The notes under the pieces were generated by a model. The model had not been told where the DNA came from and ran no database searches. It saw nothing but the letters and a program-made list of their open reading frames with translations. The position numbers were made by a program, and so were the translations under genes. From assembly GCF_009914755.1 (NCBI RefSeq), contig NC_060928.1: a stretch of 64,000 nucleotides of DNA; one strand, given 5' to 3'. The DNA comes from the human T2T-CHM13v2.0 reference genome, Homo sapiens. Positions 38,491 to 61,573 of the stretch are shown here, one piece after another (within the stretch, counting starts at the first letter, position 1; each line of letters starts with the position of its first letter).

Positions 38491-39083
38491 TTAAAACTTT
38501 CATATAAGTAACAGCTAAAAGAACAAAGCTGTTTAGCTTGAATAAAAGAAAACAGAATTCTTACAGAGCTATAATCCCTTATCCAGTTACAGGGCGATAG
38601 TTTGGATCAGTATATCTAAAAACATTTTTGTAGGCCGGGTGCTGTGGCTTACGCCTGTCATCCCAGCACTTTGGGAGGCCAAGGCTGGTGGACCAGCTGA
38701 GGTCAGGAGTTGGAGACCAGGCCAGGCTGGCCAACATGGTGAAACCCCGTCTCTACTGAAAATACAAAAATTAACCAGGCATGGTGGCGCATGCCTGTAA
38801 TCCTAGCTGTTCAGGAGGCTGAGGCAGGACAGTCGTTTAAACCCGTGAGGCGGGGGTTGCAGCGAGCCGAGATCATGCTACTGCACTCCAGCCTGGCTAA
38901 ATTTTGTATTTCTAGTAGAGATGGGTTTTCAACACGTTGGCCAGGCTGGTCTCGAACTCCTGACCTTGTGATCCACCCACCTTGGCCTCCCAAAGTGCTG
39001 GGATTACAGGCGTGAGCCACCGCGCCCAGCCAAAAGTTGTATTTCTTTTATTTTATTTTTGCTTTTATTTATTTATTTTTTGA

Positions 39084-39239
<156 letters not shown>

Positions 39240-40072
39240 TAGTAGAGATGGGTTTTGCCATGTTGCCAGGCTGGTCTTGAACTCCTGGGCTCAGGCAATC
39301 TGCCCACCTTGGCCTCCCAAAGTGCTGAGATTGCAGGTGTGAGCCACCACACCCAGCCAAGTTCTATTTCTTAATATTGTGGGTTTCAGATGCCATGATC
39401 TCATGATATGGTGTTTCAGCTCAGCTGTGGTGCTGATGCACTGTGCCTGGCGACTGAGAATGTCTCTTTCTGGGATTCCTCTTACCAACAGGTTCCTAAA
39501 GCTCTGTTTCTTTAAACATCTTTCTTTGTGTTTTTCAGATTGGATAAATTTTATTGCACACTGCTACTTTCCTGTTATCTGTTATCTTCTTTCTGCTCTT
39601 GAGTCCATACAGTGAGGTATTTTCTCCTTAAAAAAATTGTTTCAGAGTGTTCACTATTGCTTCCTTGAGCATTTTTATAGCACTGAATAGAAAGTCTTAG
39701 ATATCTCTTTCATCTTTGCATTGGTATCTGTTTCTTTTCCCAGGCAAGTTGAGATTTTCCTCTTTGCATACTATTTTATTAGACTCTGGATCTCACTTAA
39801 ATCCTGTGGAAAATGTTGATAATTTTGTTTTAGTGATTTGGTTAGGTTCAAGCTTCAAGTCCCAACTCCTCTTTGGGATGTTGTTCTAATGTCAGTTTAT
39901 TTTTCAACATCTTTGCAGTCCTATTTGGGTCTATTCCATGTATGTGCCACTTCATAGCCAGTCTGGTGCCTGAACGGAGTATCTGTTAGTTCGGTTTTCA
40001 AAGTCTTTAATATTGTGAGTAGGGTCATATTCTTGCATGTATAGGTTAGGGGGCAAACCTAGGGATTCATAA

Positions 40073-40383
<311 letters not shown>

Positions 40384-41029
40384 TGATCCGCCCACCTCGG
40401 CCACCCAAAGTGTTGGGATTACAGGTGTGAGCCTCTGCGTCTGGCCTCCCTGGTGTTTTTTGAGACTGAGACTCATCATGTTGCCCAGGCTGATCTTGAC
40501 TCCTAGCTTCAAGCAGTCCTCCTGCCTGGGCCTCCCAAAGTGTTGAGGTTACTGGTGGGAGCCACCTCACCCAGCCACCTTCTTTTTATCCTCTGGCTAG
40601 AAAGCTGGGCCTTTAATAAGCTATTCTGTGCTGTGCACTTTTGTGACTGTGTCTAGCTAGAGATTTATTCATTTTTTTTTTGATCTTCTCAAAGAACCAG
40701 CTTTTGATTTCACAAATTTCTTCTGTTTTTCTTATTTTTTCGTATTTTTTCTTTTGCCAAAGCCAAATATTTCTAATTTTTTTCTATTTAATCGACTCTG
40801 TTTTTATTATTTGCTTCTGCTTATGTTGGGTTAAATTTGCTCTTGTTTTTTCTAATTTCTTAAGGTGACTTCTATTAAACATTTCCATTTTAAAAATAGT
40901 TTCCATTTCTTCATTGAGATTTTCTGTTTCTTCTTAAAAAAAATTTATAGCCTTTTACTTATTTTTTTGTGGAGAATCTGGGTCTCACTGTGTTTCCCAT
41001 ACTAGTTTCAAACTCCTGTCCTCAAGTGA

Positions 41030-41290
<261 letters not shown>

Positions 41291-41745
41291 TAGTAGAGAT
41301 GGGGTTTCACTGTGTTAGCCAGGATGGTCTCGATCTCCTGACCTCATGATCTGCCTGCCTCAGCCTCCCAAAGTGCTGGGATTACAGGTGTGAGCCACCG
41401 TGCCTGGCCCCCTCATTTGTTTTTTTGTTGCCTTTGTGTTTTGCTTTAAATCCTTTAGTGTTACATAATAGTAACTTGTTTTGAAGTCTCAGCTACTTAC
41501 GTCATTGTTATTAATATTTCTGACTCTTTTTTTATTGATTTCTTTCTCCTGTAGGTCATGGGTTAGTTTCCTGCTTGGAATTTATAGTAATTTTCCTCCC
41601 ATAATTTTGTATAGTATGGATCCTAGGATATTTAATGTCTGGATCCTCTTGCCTTTCTTAATAGAGTTTTGTTTTGGCAGACAATTTGCTTGTTTATCAG
41701 CTTATACTTTTTGAGGCTTGTTTTTAAGTTTTAATAAAGATGGGT

Positions 41746-42089
41746 TGATATGGTTTGGCTGTGTCCCCACCCAAATCTTATCTTGAATTCCCACGTGTTG
41801 TGGGAGGGACCTGGTAGGAGGTAATTGAATCATGGGGGAGGGTCTTTCCTGTGCTGTTCTCATGATAGTGAATGAGTTTCATGAGATCTGACAGTTTTAA
41901 AAAGGGGAGTTTCCCTGCACAAGCTCTCTTCTCTTGTTTGCTGCTATATAAGGCATGCCTTTCACCTTCTGCCATGATTGTGAGGCTCCTCCAGCCTCAT
42001 GGAACTGTAAGTCCAATAAACCTCTTTGTTTTGTAAATTGCCCAGTCTCAGGTATGTCTTTATCAGCAGCATGAAAATGGACTAATACA
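41746..42089 (+). mobile_element. THE1 (THE1A-like) MaLR solo LTR
   Basis: TGATATGGTTTGGCTGTGTCCCCACCCAAATC...GGACTAATACA, TSD TGGGT on both sides. Confidence 0.92.
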
Positions 42090-42307
42090 TGGGTCTAGAT
42101 TAATCTTATTCCTAAGGTGTGAGCTTTCTGGATCTCTGCTGAATTCTGCAGTCTTTAACGTAGTCTCTTAACTTGATACTTGGAATTCAAATGTCTGCCA
42201 GCCATGCATGAGCACCAGTAGTTGTTAGGCTCATGCTACTTGGTAATTGTTCTTTGCCCAGCTTTCATAGACCTTTGCTGTGTACCTGTTCAGCCTACTC
42301 TGTGTGA

Positions 42308-42544
<237 letters not shown>

Positions 42545-42665
42545 TGACCTCAAGTGACCCGCCCACCTTGTCCTCCCCAATAGCTGGGATTGCAGGCATA
42601 AGCCACCGCTCCCAGCCTCAGCTTAGTATTTGACGGAGGATGGAGGATTCCTGTGGCAGATTTCT

Positions 42666-42697
<32 letters not shown>

Positions 42698-42707
42698 TTT
42701 GAGATAG

Positions 42708-42920
<213 letters not shown>

Positions 42921-45817
42921 TGATGCACCTTGGCCTTGGCCTCCCAAAGGTCTAGGATTACAGGCACGTGCCACTATGTCTGGCTAATTTTTGTATTTTT
43001 AGTAGAGACGGGGTTTTGCCATGTTGGCCAGACTGGTTTTGAACTCCTGACCTCAAGTGATCTGCCCTCCTCAGCCTCCCAAAGTGCTGGGATTACAGGC
43101 GTGAGCCACCGTGTCCAACTCCTGTGGCAGATTTCTGAAGCCTCTTCTATATATAGTTCTCTGTAGCACCCTGCCCCATAAATTCCAGCAGTTTCTAATT
43201 CTCATATCTACTCAGGTCAGTGAGACTGCTAAGCTCTGTTTAGGTCCCCCACCCACACCCCTACACCTCTTACACCTATTCTGCAGTCTGGAAGATGCTT
43301 CTAGAGACAAATAGGGATTTTTCTTGGGATTTACCCTGCTTCTCTTCTGAAACGGTAGTCCTGTATTGGCTTTTGTCCAACAGCTGAAAACAGCTATTTT
43401 ATGTTTACTTTCCAGTTTTATAGTTGGCAGGAACCTCATCTAGTGTCAGTTATTCTTATACATTTGGGAGCAGAAGTCTCAGAGTGTATGGTGCCAGAAT
43501 TTAGCACATGCGACTTTATTATCTATTAGAACAATTCAGTCTCTTGTTTTTTGAGGCAAGTCTTGCTGTTGCCCAGGCTATAGTGCAGCAGCCTTGTCCT
43601 CCCAGATTCATGCAATCCTCCCACCTCAGCCTCCCCAGTAGCTGAGACTACAGGTATGTACCACCAGGCCCAGCTAATTTTTGTATTTTTTGTAGAGACA
43701 GGGTTTCACCATGTTTCCCAGGGTTGTCTGGAACTCCTGCTCAAGCAATCTGCCCACCTCCACCTCCCAAAGTGCTGCAGTTACAGGCATGAGTCCAGCC
43801 CAGTTTGTTTTAATTATATCCTGGTTTGCTTCTTTGCTTCATTGTTTCTATAGCAGAGTGTTAAAATTTTAAATGTTAATTCCTGTTGAAAAACAATAGC
43901 CTGCATTATTCTTCTAGTATTTTTGAAAGTATTATGTTAGATTTTGAACTAACATATGCAGGTGTTACAGGTAGGAGGACAAATAGATACTCTGGCATTT
44001 CTTCCATAGCAAGGGAAATCCTTATTCACAGTTTTGAAATTTCAAGAACTCCCCAAACACAAGAGTTTCAGATGAGGGAATGTAGACCTGTATTTCTGTT
44101 TAATGCAATGATTCTTCTGTGGAGAACTGAAAATGTCTGTCTACTGTGTCACTTTATAAAACCTGTTTTAAGTGAATTGAATGTAAAACATATGTTGAAA
44201 GTATACCATATGTAGTATTTTGCATTTCACTTTCCGTAAATAAAAGCAAAGTAAGTTCCCTAAAAAGTTAGTTTAGGGCCGGGCGCAGTGGCTCACGCCT
44301 GTAATCCCAGCACTTCAGGAGGCCGAGGCAGGGGGATCACCAGAGGTTGGAGTTCAAGACCAGCCTGGCCAACATCCAAATTGGATATTTTTTGTTACTT
44401 TTTCCTTTCTATTCTCCTTTGTAATAAGTGACCTATTATAGAAGTAGTGCATTTCGTGAAAAAAATTGAGATCTATTTACTTAAATGCACGTTGGTTCTT
44501 GTTGAGGAGAAATGAATTAGTAGTAGTTATTTGGAGGGGCCTGCCATTCTGAATTATTTTTACAGCTCACATTGACAGGAGATAATTGAATTAATGGCAT
44601 TGAATATAATTTCAATAAGGACATAGCTGAATTTCATTAATTGAGAACATAATCATTAGGATCTAAAACTCAGTTACTGTTCTAAGTATGATGAAGTAAA
44701 AAGCTAACTGCTGTAATGTAAACATATCTCATTCAAGGGGCGGGGGGTTTAGTTTTTAATTTTCCTGTCAGTTATTTGGAGGGGATTATCTAGTTTAATT
44801 TTGTATGTTCACTTCTCACTTTATTTTGGGCATTTTTATTGTCCATTTGATTATAAGACTGGGTAAGCAATGTAACAGTTGAATTTGTTGATTAGAAGAT
44901 CTTTTAAAAGATAAAAATTTTGGGTTTAATAACCTTTAACATTTAATAAAATTTCTGTAGGTGATGGAAAGAGCTTTTAACCAGGAGTCAGAGAGCCTAA
45001 ATTATAGTCTTAAATTTTGCCACTAGTTAGGTATGTAATCTGGGGTAAGTTACTTGTTTTCTAAATTTTACCTCTACAATAAGGATTAAACCTTTTGTGC
45101 TTATGGGATTATCATGCTGATTAAATGTTACCGAGGAGTCTCTTTGAAAAACATACGATAAACAAATAAAGGTGTTTCCAGTCACACCACCAAAAATACC
45201 AATTGGAATCCTGAATATTTTAAAAATCAGCTATGTAAAATAAAGTTACATTGTGCATGTCAAGTAAGAATATCAATTTTATTTATTTTTTAAGAGACAG
45301 TGTTTTGTTCTGTCGCTCAGGTTGGAGTGCAGTGTTACCATCACGGCTCACTGCAGCCTTGGACTCCTGGGCTCAAGCCGTCCTCCCATCTCAGGTTCAT
45401 GAGTAGCAGGGAGTACAGGCATGCCACCATGCCCAGCTAATTTTTAATTTTTTTGTAGAGACAGTGGGTCTCAAACTCCTGCCTCAAGCGATCCTCTCAC
45501 CTCAGCCTCCCAAAGTATTGGGATTACAGGTGTGAGCCACCATGCCCAGCCGTTGTCTGTTTTTATATGCTAGTTTGAATTATATTTGTATAGGTTCACA
45601 TAAGTATTGTAGAATAGTAAACTATTCCATAAGTTTTGGATGAAAACTTTCTTGTTAAAATCAGAATGTTTAATAGCAGTTGTGTCTGCAATGAGATTAT
45701 GGGTTGATTTTCTTTTTTCATTTTTTTAAAGCTTTCTACAATGGCCATTACTTGTGTTAGCAGTTTTATGTTTTTTTGTAAAATGTTCTAGGCACTAGGT
45801 TAGGGAAGTAGTTACAA

Positions 45818-46056
45818 TGGTTAGGTGTTATGGTTCTGTATCTGGATTGTCTGGGTTCAGATTCTTTTTCCATCACTTAATAGCAGTGTGACCTTGGCCA
45901 AATTATATAACCTCCTGGACCTCAGTTATCTCGTGTAAAATGAAGATAGTAAGACTACCTGCTTCATATCATTAAGATTAAATAAATTTTCCCTGTAAAG
46001 CACTTAGCACAGTGCCTGGGACTCAGTAAATGCTCATTAAATATTAGCTGTTATTA
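45818..46056 (+). mobile_element. MIR SINE
   Basis: tgtgaccttggccaaatta..aacctc..ctcagtt..tgtaaaatg core; taaagcacttagcacagtgcctgg. Confidence 0.8.
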
Positions 46057-46580
46057 TTGTTAAGTGTTTTACATGTCTTTTTCTCATGATTGCTCTCCAT
46101 GATTTAAGGATTCTTTTTGATACTCAGCAAAGTACTACATAAGATTATAGAATTAAAGTATAGAGTCACTGTTTGAAACCAGAGCCTTTGATTCCAAAGG
46201 TGGCCCTTTTCACTACTTCGTTAATTCCTCAAAGTAAATTTTTCCGTTCATAGTGTTTCTGTTATATAAAAATTACCTTGGAATGTAATGCTAGGATTAT
46301 TACACAGTGATGATACTTTATCAATTCTATACTTTTAACAGATGAGGCCTAGATTTCCTTTTATATCATATTTACTGTATTAGTTTTGGTAATTTAAGCC
46401 TTTGGCATAAAGGCCATTAATACAAAGTCAATTAAAATAAATTTTTACTTAGTCTTATTTAGTTAAAAGAGACTATAAGTTAGTACTTTTAGTTTAGGTA
46501 TGTCATTAATTTTGGGTGTCCTTTTTGTCGTTTTAATTTTTTTTAACCAGTTACTAATAAATATTTTTTCCTTTTTTTGA

Positions 46581-46700
<120 letters not shown>

Positions 46701-46729
46701 TAAAGGCACACACCACCATGCCTGGCTAA

Positions 46730-47187
<458 letters not shown>

Positions 47188-47251
47188 TAAATCTTATTCT
47201 CATTCTTTTTCCTATCTTATGGTGAATATACGTTTCTGTGTGTACACCTAG

Positions 47252-47470
<219 letters not shown>

Positions 47471-47765
47471 TAGTAGAGACAGGGTTTTGCCATGTTGGCC
47501 AGGCTGGTCTTGAACTCCTGACCTCAGGTGATCCACCCGTCTCAGCCTCCCAAAGTTCCAGGATTACAGGTGTTCTAGAAGCTTTTTCATTTTAACTTAC
47601 ACATTTAGATCTGCAGTGTTTTTAGATGTTTTTTATTATGAAGAAAGGTCACTGTAGTTCCACTAATTATATTTTTCTACATTATCTTTTCTCTCTCTTT
47701 CATTGAGGTGGTTTCTGTTGCTATGTCTGTCTTCTAGCCCACTGATTTTTTTTTTCTTCTTCTGA

Positions 47766-48144
<379 letters not shown>

Positions 48145-48147
48145 TAA

Positions 48148-48429
<282 letters not shown>

Positions 48430-51125
48430 TGATCCGCTTGCCTCTGCCTCCCAGCGTGTTGGGATTGCAGGCGTGAGCCACTGTGCCCGGCCTTCTTTTT
48501 TTTTTTCCTCAGACAGAGTCTTGCTCTGTTGTCCAGGCTGGAGTGCAGTGGTACGATCTTGACTCAACTCACTGAAACCTCCACCTCCCAGGTTCAAGCA
48601 ATTATCCTGCCTCAGCCTCCCAAGTAGCTGGGATTATAGGTGTGCGCCACCATGCCTGGCTAATTTTTTTTTTTTTTTTTGTATTTTTAGTAGAGACAAG
48701 GTTTTGCCATGTTGGCTAGGCTGGTCTCAAACTCCTGGTCTCAAGTGATCTGCCCATCTTGGCTTTCCAAAGTGCTGAGATTACAGGCATGAGCCACTGT
48801 GCCCAGCCTTAATACTGTATTTTCATCTTTACAAATTCTATTTGTTTTTTTCGAATATATTTCATTTTCCTCTTCATTTGTTTATCCATTGCTTAAATTT
48901 TGAGCACATTTATAATAGTTGTTTTAACTTCTTTATCGTAATTCCATCACGTTTTTAATTTCTCCTGGTTATGGATCATGTTTTCCTGCTCTTAGGTGTC
49001 TAGATATTTTCTATTGGATGTTATACATTATAGGTTTTATATTATTTTACTAAATTTAACTGTCTTTAAAGAGTGGTGTTGGACTTTGTTGTGGTGCACA
49101 GTGAAGATGCTTGTCTGTCAACCTGATTTTTTTTGAGGGTTTGTTAGGGTGGGTCTAAAGTAATACTCTAGGGCTAGTGTATGTCTACTCTTAAGGAATG
49201 ACCTTTTTGCAGTATTTACTGAATTCTACAGCTGTTCGTTGACACTCCATTCTGGCAAGTTGGAACTCTTACTACCATGTGGGCTGTGAGAATTGTTAAA
49301 CTTAATGCGTCCTCATCATTCTTTGTCTGGCCTTGTTATGTTTCACCCTACATATGCAAAACTTAGTACTCAACAGTTTTCAACAACAGACACATGGGGA
49401 TCTTCTGTGGATTTTTGGATCTCTTTCTCAGGGTGGTTTCATCTCTTGCAGAGTGCCTCAGCCTCGTTGAACATCAGTCTTTGTTAACTCTGTGGACTCC
49501 TGTAGTTCGCTTGGGATCCTTCTTCCTGTGCTGTGAGCTAGGAAGTGCCTCCAGGAGTAAAGTGGTGGCATTACTAGAGCTCATCATGTTTGTTTCCCGT
49601 TCTCATGGTTCACAGTCTTGCGCCACCTGTTAGCACCACCTGTTGAACCTGTTATTTCATATATTTTGTCCAGTTTTCTTTATGATGAAAGAAAAAGTTC
49701 AGCTTCACCTACTCCATCATGCCAAAAGTGAAAGTCACCTAACTACATTTTTATACATGTAAAATTTCAGAAAGCTGAAGGTTTTATGAACAGTGACACT
49801 TAACCCTCTTCCTTATAGGTATGAATTTTCATAAACAGCAAGAAATCAAGAATATTCCTTTTAATTATGTTAGTCTTTACATCATAGCTTCCTTTAGTGC
49901 TTTCTTATTATAAGAAAAACAAGCTACTTTTAGGCTTTCTGCTAAGTAAATGGGAACACTAAATTTAGTTACTTAGTCTTACTATGTTTCTTTGGCTACA
50001 TATGATGAATGATAGCTCTCAAGTAACTGCTTCTGCTTTCTCCTCCTCTTATCCCTGAAATCACTGTGCCTGCTGAATGCATAGTTGATTGTGGGAGACA
50101 AAGAAAATATTCAACCAGTTAGGAAGCTATTGCCAAGAAACCGGGTCTGATAGGACCTACCAGAGGACAGAAGTATAAGGGAAGGAGAAGCACCAAAGAT
50201 GATTGGTTTTTTTTGCATAATCGTCTGGTTGAGTTGAAGAGGGGGAATCAACTCTATCTTCAGGATGGTGAGGACTTGGTGCAGAATACATTTTGGGCGA
50301 GAAAAATCAGTTGTATTTGGATATATTAGGTTTCAGATGCAAAACAACAGCATTGGAAGGCTGAGGCAGGAGGATTGCTGGAGCCTGTGATTGAGACACT
50401 GTACTCCAGTCTGGGCCACAGAGTGAGATCCTGTCTCAAAGCAACAACAAAGTGGAGATGATGGGTATATAGTTGGTTGTAAAGCAACTCTAGTTTGCTG
50501 TAGTGTGAACTTAATTGATTTCTTCATGCTAAAATGTGAAATTTTACATTTTTATTTTTCTGTTTCTACACATTTTCTACCATGATTTTTGTCATCACTT
50601 GCATTAACTTCTTTCCCAGATTTTAAATATATTGCCTCAAAAATTATGAGCAAAATTGTTTAAAATTTATATCAATGTATTCTGGCACGAATTGTATCTT
50701 TTAGAGCACTTTTTTTTTCTGTAACAAATACAATGCTTTAAAAATAAATTTTCATGTGAAAGCATATGTTGATGTCTAAAAGTCAGCTAGCACTAAAAGA
50801 TTTATGATGAAAGAAATAATGTTCCCTATTTTCTCCCATCCCCTTGCTTTCCCCCTCCAGAATCAAGCAACTTCAGCCCTTTATTTTGTCTGGTATTTGC
50901 CTTCTTGTTGCTTAGTAATACATCACTATTTCTTCTTGATACATAGCTTTTAAATATTTGTTGACCTCTGGTTTGTGAAAATGAGGACTCAGAACTTACT
51001 CATTCACACATTTGCCCACTTTCATCTTCCTCATTCCTCAACATAATTATATCACAAGTTTTTTTTTCTTCTTTCTTTCTTTTTTTTTTTTGAGACAGAG
51101 TCTGGCCCTGTTGCCCAGGCTGTAG

Positions 51126-51413
<288 letters not shown>

Positions 51414-51719
51414 TAGTACAGAATGTTTACATTTTTATAACTATGCATATATTGTTCAGTATTGAGCCAAATTTGTACTAAATCCAAGTCTTATACAAGC
51501 TTTTGTTTTTTCTGGAGTTAATACCTATTATTTAGGCAGTTGACTGGTTTTCTGTAGACCTATTGCTCGTTTCCTGCAAATGTGCCTGTATTTCTGTCAT
51601 GAGCTTATGATTAACATTTTCCATGTTAGCAAGCACACTAGTTCGATTTTTGCTCTTGCTGGAAACCTATTCCACAGTAGCTTTTGACTCTGCTCCACTC
51701 TGGAGTGGCTGTTCTCTAG

Positions 51720-51992
<273 letters not shown>

Positions 51993-52108
51993 TGATCTGC
52001 CCGCCTCGGCCTCCAAAAGTGCTGGGATTACAGATGTGAGCCACCACGCCTGGCCCTCGATAGTGCCTTTTAAAAAATTTATCCTAATTTCTTTTAATGG
52101 CTTCCTAA

Positions 52109-52521
<413 letters not shown>

Positions 52522-52554
52522 TAGTCTTAATGTATGGGAGCAAAATGACATTTT

Positions 52555-52866
52555 GCGAGATTGGTTCCAGGATCTCCCTTGGGTACCAAAATCCAGGGAT
52601 GCTCAAGTCCTTGATATACAATGGCATAGTATTTGCATATAACCTATGCACATCCTCTTGTATACTGTAAATTATCTCTAGGTTATTTATAATACCTAAT
52701 ACAATGTAAATACTGTGTAAATAGTTGTTATACTGTATTGCTTAGACATTAATTACAAGAGAAAAGTGTAAGTTTGTATAGATGCAGTTTTTTTTTTTCC
52801 TAATACTTTCTATCTGTAGTTAGCAGAATCTACGCATGTAGAACCCATGGATATGGGGCCTGACTG
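52555..52866. mobile_element. MER2 (Tigger family) element, second copy
   Basis: ttggttccaggatc...atagtatttgcatataacctatgcacatcctc...gactg|ta. Confidence 0.75.
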
Positions 52867-53173
52867 TACTTGATTGATGACTCAGCTGGTACAGAATTAT
52901 AAGTTGAAACTTAATTTTCACTCTGACTTTTGAAGGCCGTATATTTGTCTTCTAGATTTCAACAGTATTTCATTTTTACTTTCAAATAAGAGTGCATTGC
53001 TATTCTGATTATAGATCTTTTTTATGTGACTTGTTTTTTTCCCCTCTCTGGAAGTTTTTAAGGACCTTTTTTTTTTATTTTCAGGCTTTGAGATTTCACT
53101 ATGATATGTTACAGTCTGGGTATTTTTTCCGTGTATTTTGCATGGACTTTTTTTGGCCCTTTCAGCTTGAAAG

Positions 53174-53215
53174 CTTCAGTAAAAAGAAAACGTTCTTCAG
53201 TAAAAAGAAAATGTT
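53174..53215. repeat. 21-bp tandem duplication (cttcagtaaaaagaaaaYgtt)x2
   Basis: Read directly. Confidence 0.85.
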
Positions 53216-53220
53216 CTTTA

Positions 53221-53523
<303 letters not shown>

Positions 53524-53803
53524 TCAGTCTTAAAAAAAAATAAATAAAAGAAATTCTATACCATTTATTTTTCTGTTCTCTTTCTGCATCACTCAGTTGT
53601 TGGACTTTACTAATCTATATTTTGTTCCTTTGTCTTTTACTTCCTGTATTTGAACCTTTTGTATTTTTTATTGGCATTTTACCGAGATTTAGAAGCATAT
53701 GGAAATAGCATTCTGTTGTATTTAACAGAGTAGAGAAATTTAGCGTTGAATTTAAAGTTGTTTGTATTCCTTGCTAAACTTAAATTTTTCTTTTTTGTTT
53801 TGA

Positions 53804-53902
<99 letters not shown>

Positions 53903-54968
53903 TAGATAAAGCTTTACTACATACCTGTCTGGCCTCTCTTACTGGATTGTATTCTTCCCAGCTGCCTTAACTGTTTTCCAGAGAGAACAGACCCTCTCAT
54001 CTTTGACTTCTGTGAGAAAGTGAAATTTAATACTGAATTTTGAATTTAATATCAAGAAAATGATAACACATTTTACTTGAGTTCTGATTTATTCTTAGTT
54101 TGAATATTACCTCTGTAGGAAAAGAGAAATAATAGGATAGAATGCTAAAATTTACTTTAGAACTTTGGTTGAGCTGTATAAATTGTATGCTTTATAATCT
54201 TATTCAGAAAGTGACCATTTGGTCCTTTGCTCATAAACTATCATATTTTTTATTTATGTTTTTCAGTTTCTCAAGACCAAGTCATGTTTAAGACATGATT
54301 TGTATATTGTAATGTTCTGAAAGTTTATAGGCTTTTGCTTGTGTGAAGGTAGATTATTGGATGGTGAGATATTTGTAGAGCAAGGGGAGAGTGTGTGGCT
54401 AAACTTGAGAGGAGGCAAAGGAAAAATAAGTTTTGGCAGGTCTGATTTGTACAGTTAAGAAACGTGGCTGTTCAGTAACTATTGATAATGCACTCTTAGT
54501 ATTGAAGAGAAGGGGGAGAGTAGTAATTCTCCATTAGATTCCTTGCCTTTTTTTTGGCCTATCTTTATAATCTCACTTTCTTTCACTGTGTTTCACTTTA
54601 TACTTTCTTTTACTGTAATTGTTTGGAGATGGAAAACAATGGAGATAAAAGTATTTAAATTTATCTCTCTGCTGGGTGCTGGGGCTCACTCCTAATGATC
54701 CCAACCCTTTGGGAGACTGAGGCAGGAGGATTGCTTGAGGCCAGAAATTCAAGATCAGCCTGGGCAACATAGCGGGACCTTGTCTTTATTATGACAAAAC
54801 ATATATTTAAAAAAACAAGTAAATAGAAATAAATTTATCTCTCTTTTTCCATATTAAAAATTATTTTTGCTGACCAGCTGAGCATTATGTTGTTTGATAT
54901 TCATTTCTAAAGTAGGCATACTCATAATGTGTTCAATACAGAAAAGTATCAGATTTCATTATTTCTGA

Positions 54969-55371
<403 letters not shown>

Positions 55372-55374
55372 TAA

Positions 55375-55650
<276 letters not shown>

Positions 55651-56389
55651 TGAAGTCTTGAGATTACAGGTGTGAGGCACCGTGCCTGGCCAAAAGTATT
55701 TTTAAACGGTACATGTTGATTCTTCCTCAGGATTATATCTTTAATCCTTATCTTTTGTGCCTAATTAATTTCTCTCTAAAGTCTAAATTTTAGTCTAAAA
55801 GAGAAATCAATCAAATAAATTAAAAAGTTAGGCAAATAATGTTTTCACTTCCTTTAGGCTTCATAGGATACATATAAAATTAGAGTTTAGTTTTCCTCTT
55901 CTGAAAACTTAATATTTCTTTTAACTCTCTTTTAATCTTTTGGTTGCCAATGATAGATTTCTGACATCTTTTTCTTGTATATTTAATAGTAATCTCAAAT
56001 AATCATTTTAAAATAAATTTAGGAAAATAAAAAATGTAGGAAATTTATGTGTATTTTTTAAATCACTGATGAGTTTAACCCGTATATAACCTAGGTTCAC
56101 AGAAATAAAGTATATTTTCAAGATAAAGTTTTTATATTTTAATGAAGTAGATATGTAAGGTTATCCCATGGAATTCCCCTGAAGAATGAATTACTAGATT
56201 ATCTTTCTAGTCAAATAGCATGCATTTTGTATCTTTTATCTTAAAAAAAAGGAGAGTCTCTTTCCAATAATAGAGTCTGGAAATCTGTGTTTACTTGGAT
56301 TGCCAATTTTAAAAATGTTTTAAATCTGCAAGAAAGTGGAAAGTATCTTAGTAATCTCCTTGACATTTTTAATTCTTAAGGCAGTGTAG

Positions 56390-60912
<4,523 letters not shown>

Positions 60913-61120
60913 TAGGGTTGACTTAATTTGATAAAAATTAACATCAGGCCAGGTGCGGTGGCTCACGCCTGTAGTCCCAGCACTTTGGGAGGCCCAGGTG
61001 GGTGAATCATGAGGTCAGGAGATCGAGACCATCCTGCCTAACACAGTGAAACCCCATCTCTACTAAAAATACAAAAAATTAGCTAGGCGTGGTGGCAGGT
61101 GCCTGTAGTCTAGCTACTCA

Positions 61121-61573
<453 letters not shown>

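Noticed and set aside
43886-44215. 109-aa non-Alu ORF in NAA15 intron 1
   Set aside because: TTG start, no splice support and no recognisable domain; likely chance or a degraded repeat
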